A DNA stretch of 64,000 bases from positions 1,243,063 through 1,307,062 of the forward strand of contig CAVYVH010000002.1 in assembly GCA_963771945.1 (NCBI GenBank). Direction: 5' to 3'. Both the position numbers and the translations under genes were made by a program. The DNA comes from an uncultured Verrucomicrobiae bacterium (GTDB lineage Bacteria > Verrucomicrobiota > Verrucomicrobiia > Verrucomicrobiales > Akkermansiaceae). Below are positions 62,739-64,000 of this stretch, piece by piece. Position 1 is the stretch's first letter, and every line of letters begins with the position of its first letter. Under the pieces are notes generated by a model. That model worked only from the letters and a program-made list of their open reading frames with translations, was not told where the DNA came from and did not search any database.

Positions 62739-63023
62739 CCGCGGCCGAAGAAAGCAGATTCCGTGGATATTCACATGCTTTATTCATGTCGGAACGGAAG
62801 ATTCCTCGCTGAACCCAAACCCCTTAAATGCGAGTCGGCAGACAACCGGGGGGGAATGTCTGCCGACGCTTTTCTTGGGGGGATGTGCAATTCTGGGGGG
62901 GAACCGGCGATCACGAATGGGGGGCTTTCGCTCGCGCCGATGTGAACAGACTACCCAAAAACGGCCATCATCCTATAACGCGATCGCGTAGTTTTCGCTC
63001 TTTTTCATGTCCGCCTTCCCTTT

Positions 63024-63566
63024 TCAGGAGGAAATTCGCTCCCAATCGTCCGGAGTATTCGCATTTTCGAGTGCCCTTTCATCCCCCAGCTCCAGAATCC
63101 TCGCTCCGTTCGCACGCAGGATTTTCTGCAAGCCCCACTGCCCGGCAGCCCTCGACGCTTTCAGAATGGAAAGCGCAGACTTTCCATAAAACCCGCAAAG
63201 CGGCTCCAGCCTCCCGTCACTCCCATACACCACAAAATCCTCGGAAAACCCCAGCAATCCTTTCAAGAAATCCGCCTCCAGCCTCGGCAAATCACAGGCC
63301 ACCACCAGCCAGTCCTCATCCGGCGCAGTCTCCATCCCCGCGATGATCCCACCGAGCGCACCTTCACCCGAATCGCGCACAACCTCAATTTCCTCGGAAA
63401 ACTCCTGACCCTCCCGCAGCGAAACCAGCACCTTCCCGCAACCCGCCCCGGTCAGCAGATCCGCCGCCCGCCGCACCATCGTTCGCCCGTCGGGATGAAC
63501 CATCCCGCCCTTCTCCCGCCCCATCCGGCTCCCCTTTCCCCCCGCCAATACCAGTCCGTGCATCAC
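63024..63566 (-). CDS. mobA: Molybdenum cofactor guanylyltransferase
   Basis: LAGGKGSRMGREK, VACDLP, EPLCGFY, NANTPDD. Confidence 0.92.
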   Translation of the reverse strand: MMHGLVLAGGKGSRMGREKGGMVHPDGRTMVRRAADLLTGAGCGKVLVSLREGQEFSEEIEVVRDSGEGALGGIIAGMETAPDEDWLVVACDLPRLEADFLKGLLGFSEDFVVYGSDGRLEPLCGFYGKSALSILKASRAAGQWGLQKILRANGARILELGDERALENANTPDDWERISS

Positions 63567-63574
63567 GGCGTTCT

Positions 63575-63662
63575 AACCTTCAAATCTCAAATCTCAAATC
63601 TCAATCTCAAATCCCCCTTCCACCGCTCTTCCTTGAAGTTTAAAGTTTGAAATTTAAAGTTT
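63575..63662. repeat. Inverted AT-rich heptad-repeat element
   Basis: (AAATCTC)n ... CTCTTCC TTGAAGT TTAAAGT TTGAAAT TTAAAGT. Confidence 0.7.
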
Positions 63663-63667
63663 CCCGC

Positions 63668-64000
63668 ATGCTTCTCCTCCAACAGCTCATCCGCATCCCG
63701 TCGGTTAATCCCGAGCACATGCCCGACAGCCCGGAGATCACCCACGAGCAGGCCATGGCGGATTTCGTTTCCAACTACCTCGACCGACATCGGGGCGGAA
63801 GTCACCCTGGAGGAAATCCAGCCCCGCCGCCCCAACCTCATCGCCCGCTTCGCCCCGCTCGACGGTCGCCCACGCATCCTCCTCGGCCCTCACCTCGATA
63901 CGGTGGGAGTCGGCAACATGACGATCGATCCCTTTTCCGGAGAAATCCGCGACGGCAAGATCCACGGTCGCGGAGCCTCCGATACCAAAGGCCCAATGGC
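63668..64000 (+). CDS. M20-family (ArgE/DapE-like) metallopeptidase, 5' part, truncated by window edge
   Basis: LIRIPSVNP; GPHLDTV...DPFSGEIRDGKIHGRGASDTKGPM (one indel). Confidence 0.85.
   Translation, partial: MLLLQQLIRIPSVNPEHMPDSPEITHEQAMADFVSNYLDRHRGGSHPGGNPAPPPQPHRPLRPARRSPTHPPRPSPRYGGSRQHDDRSLFRRNPRRQDPRSRSLRYQRPNG

Noticed and set aside
62780-63020. Moco riboswitch near mobA
   Set aside because: The region lies downstream of mobA rather than in its leader, and I could not match a riboswitch consensus.

Overview
GC-rich chromosomal window, most likely from a Verrucomicrobiota (Luteolibacter/Verrucomicrobiaceae-like) genome, inferred from the PEP-CTERM and TIGR04073-like genes, tandem GspE ATPases and long-type IspG. 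It is mostly housekeeping: trpA, tRNA-Leu(TAA), rsmI, fabF, secG, folP, pssA, dusB, serA, rpsP, T2SS/T4P core genes, ispA, asd, bioB, dsbD, hpf, mntR, ispG, clpS, xerC, ftsK and mobA. Many genes, especially from 50 to 63 kb, are broken by single-base indels that look like consensus errors rather than real pseudogenes. The standout feature is a ~760-bp unit (GTAG-type REP, HUH/Y1 RAYT-like nuclease domain, inverted REP) inside ispG. It sits at the junction after the TIM-barrel domain, has no start codon of its own, and is apparently translated as part of IspG. A third copy of the same REP supplies the dusB stop codon. The window also holds a stand-alone RAYT with a duplicated 5' end, several dispersed hairpin and heptad repeat families, a FecR / beta-barrel / CHASE2-cyclase cassette, a membrane-anchored PD-(D/E)XK-like protein and an ECF operon with an apparently catalytically dead HtrA-like protein. 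All calls were made by eye; no database searches were run.
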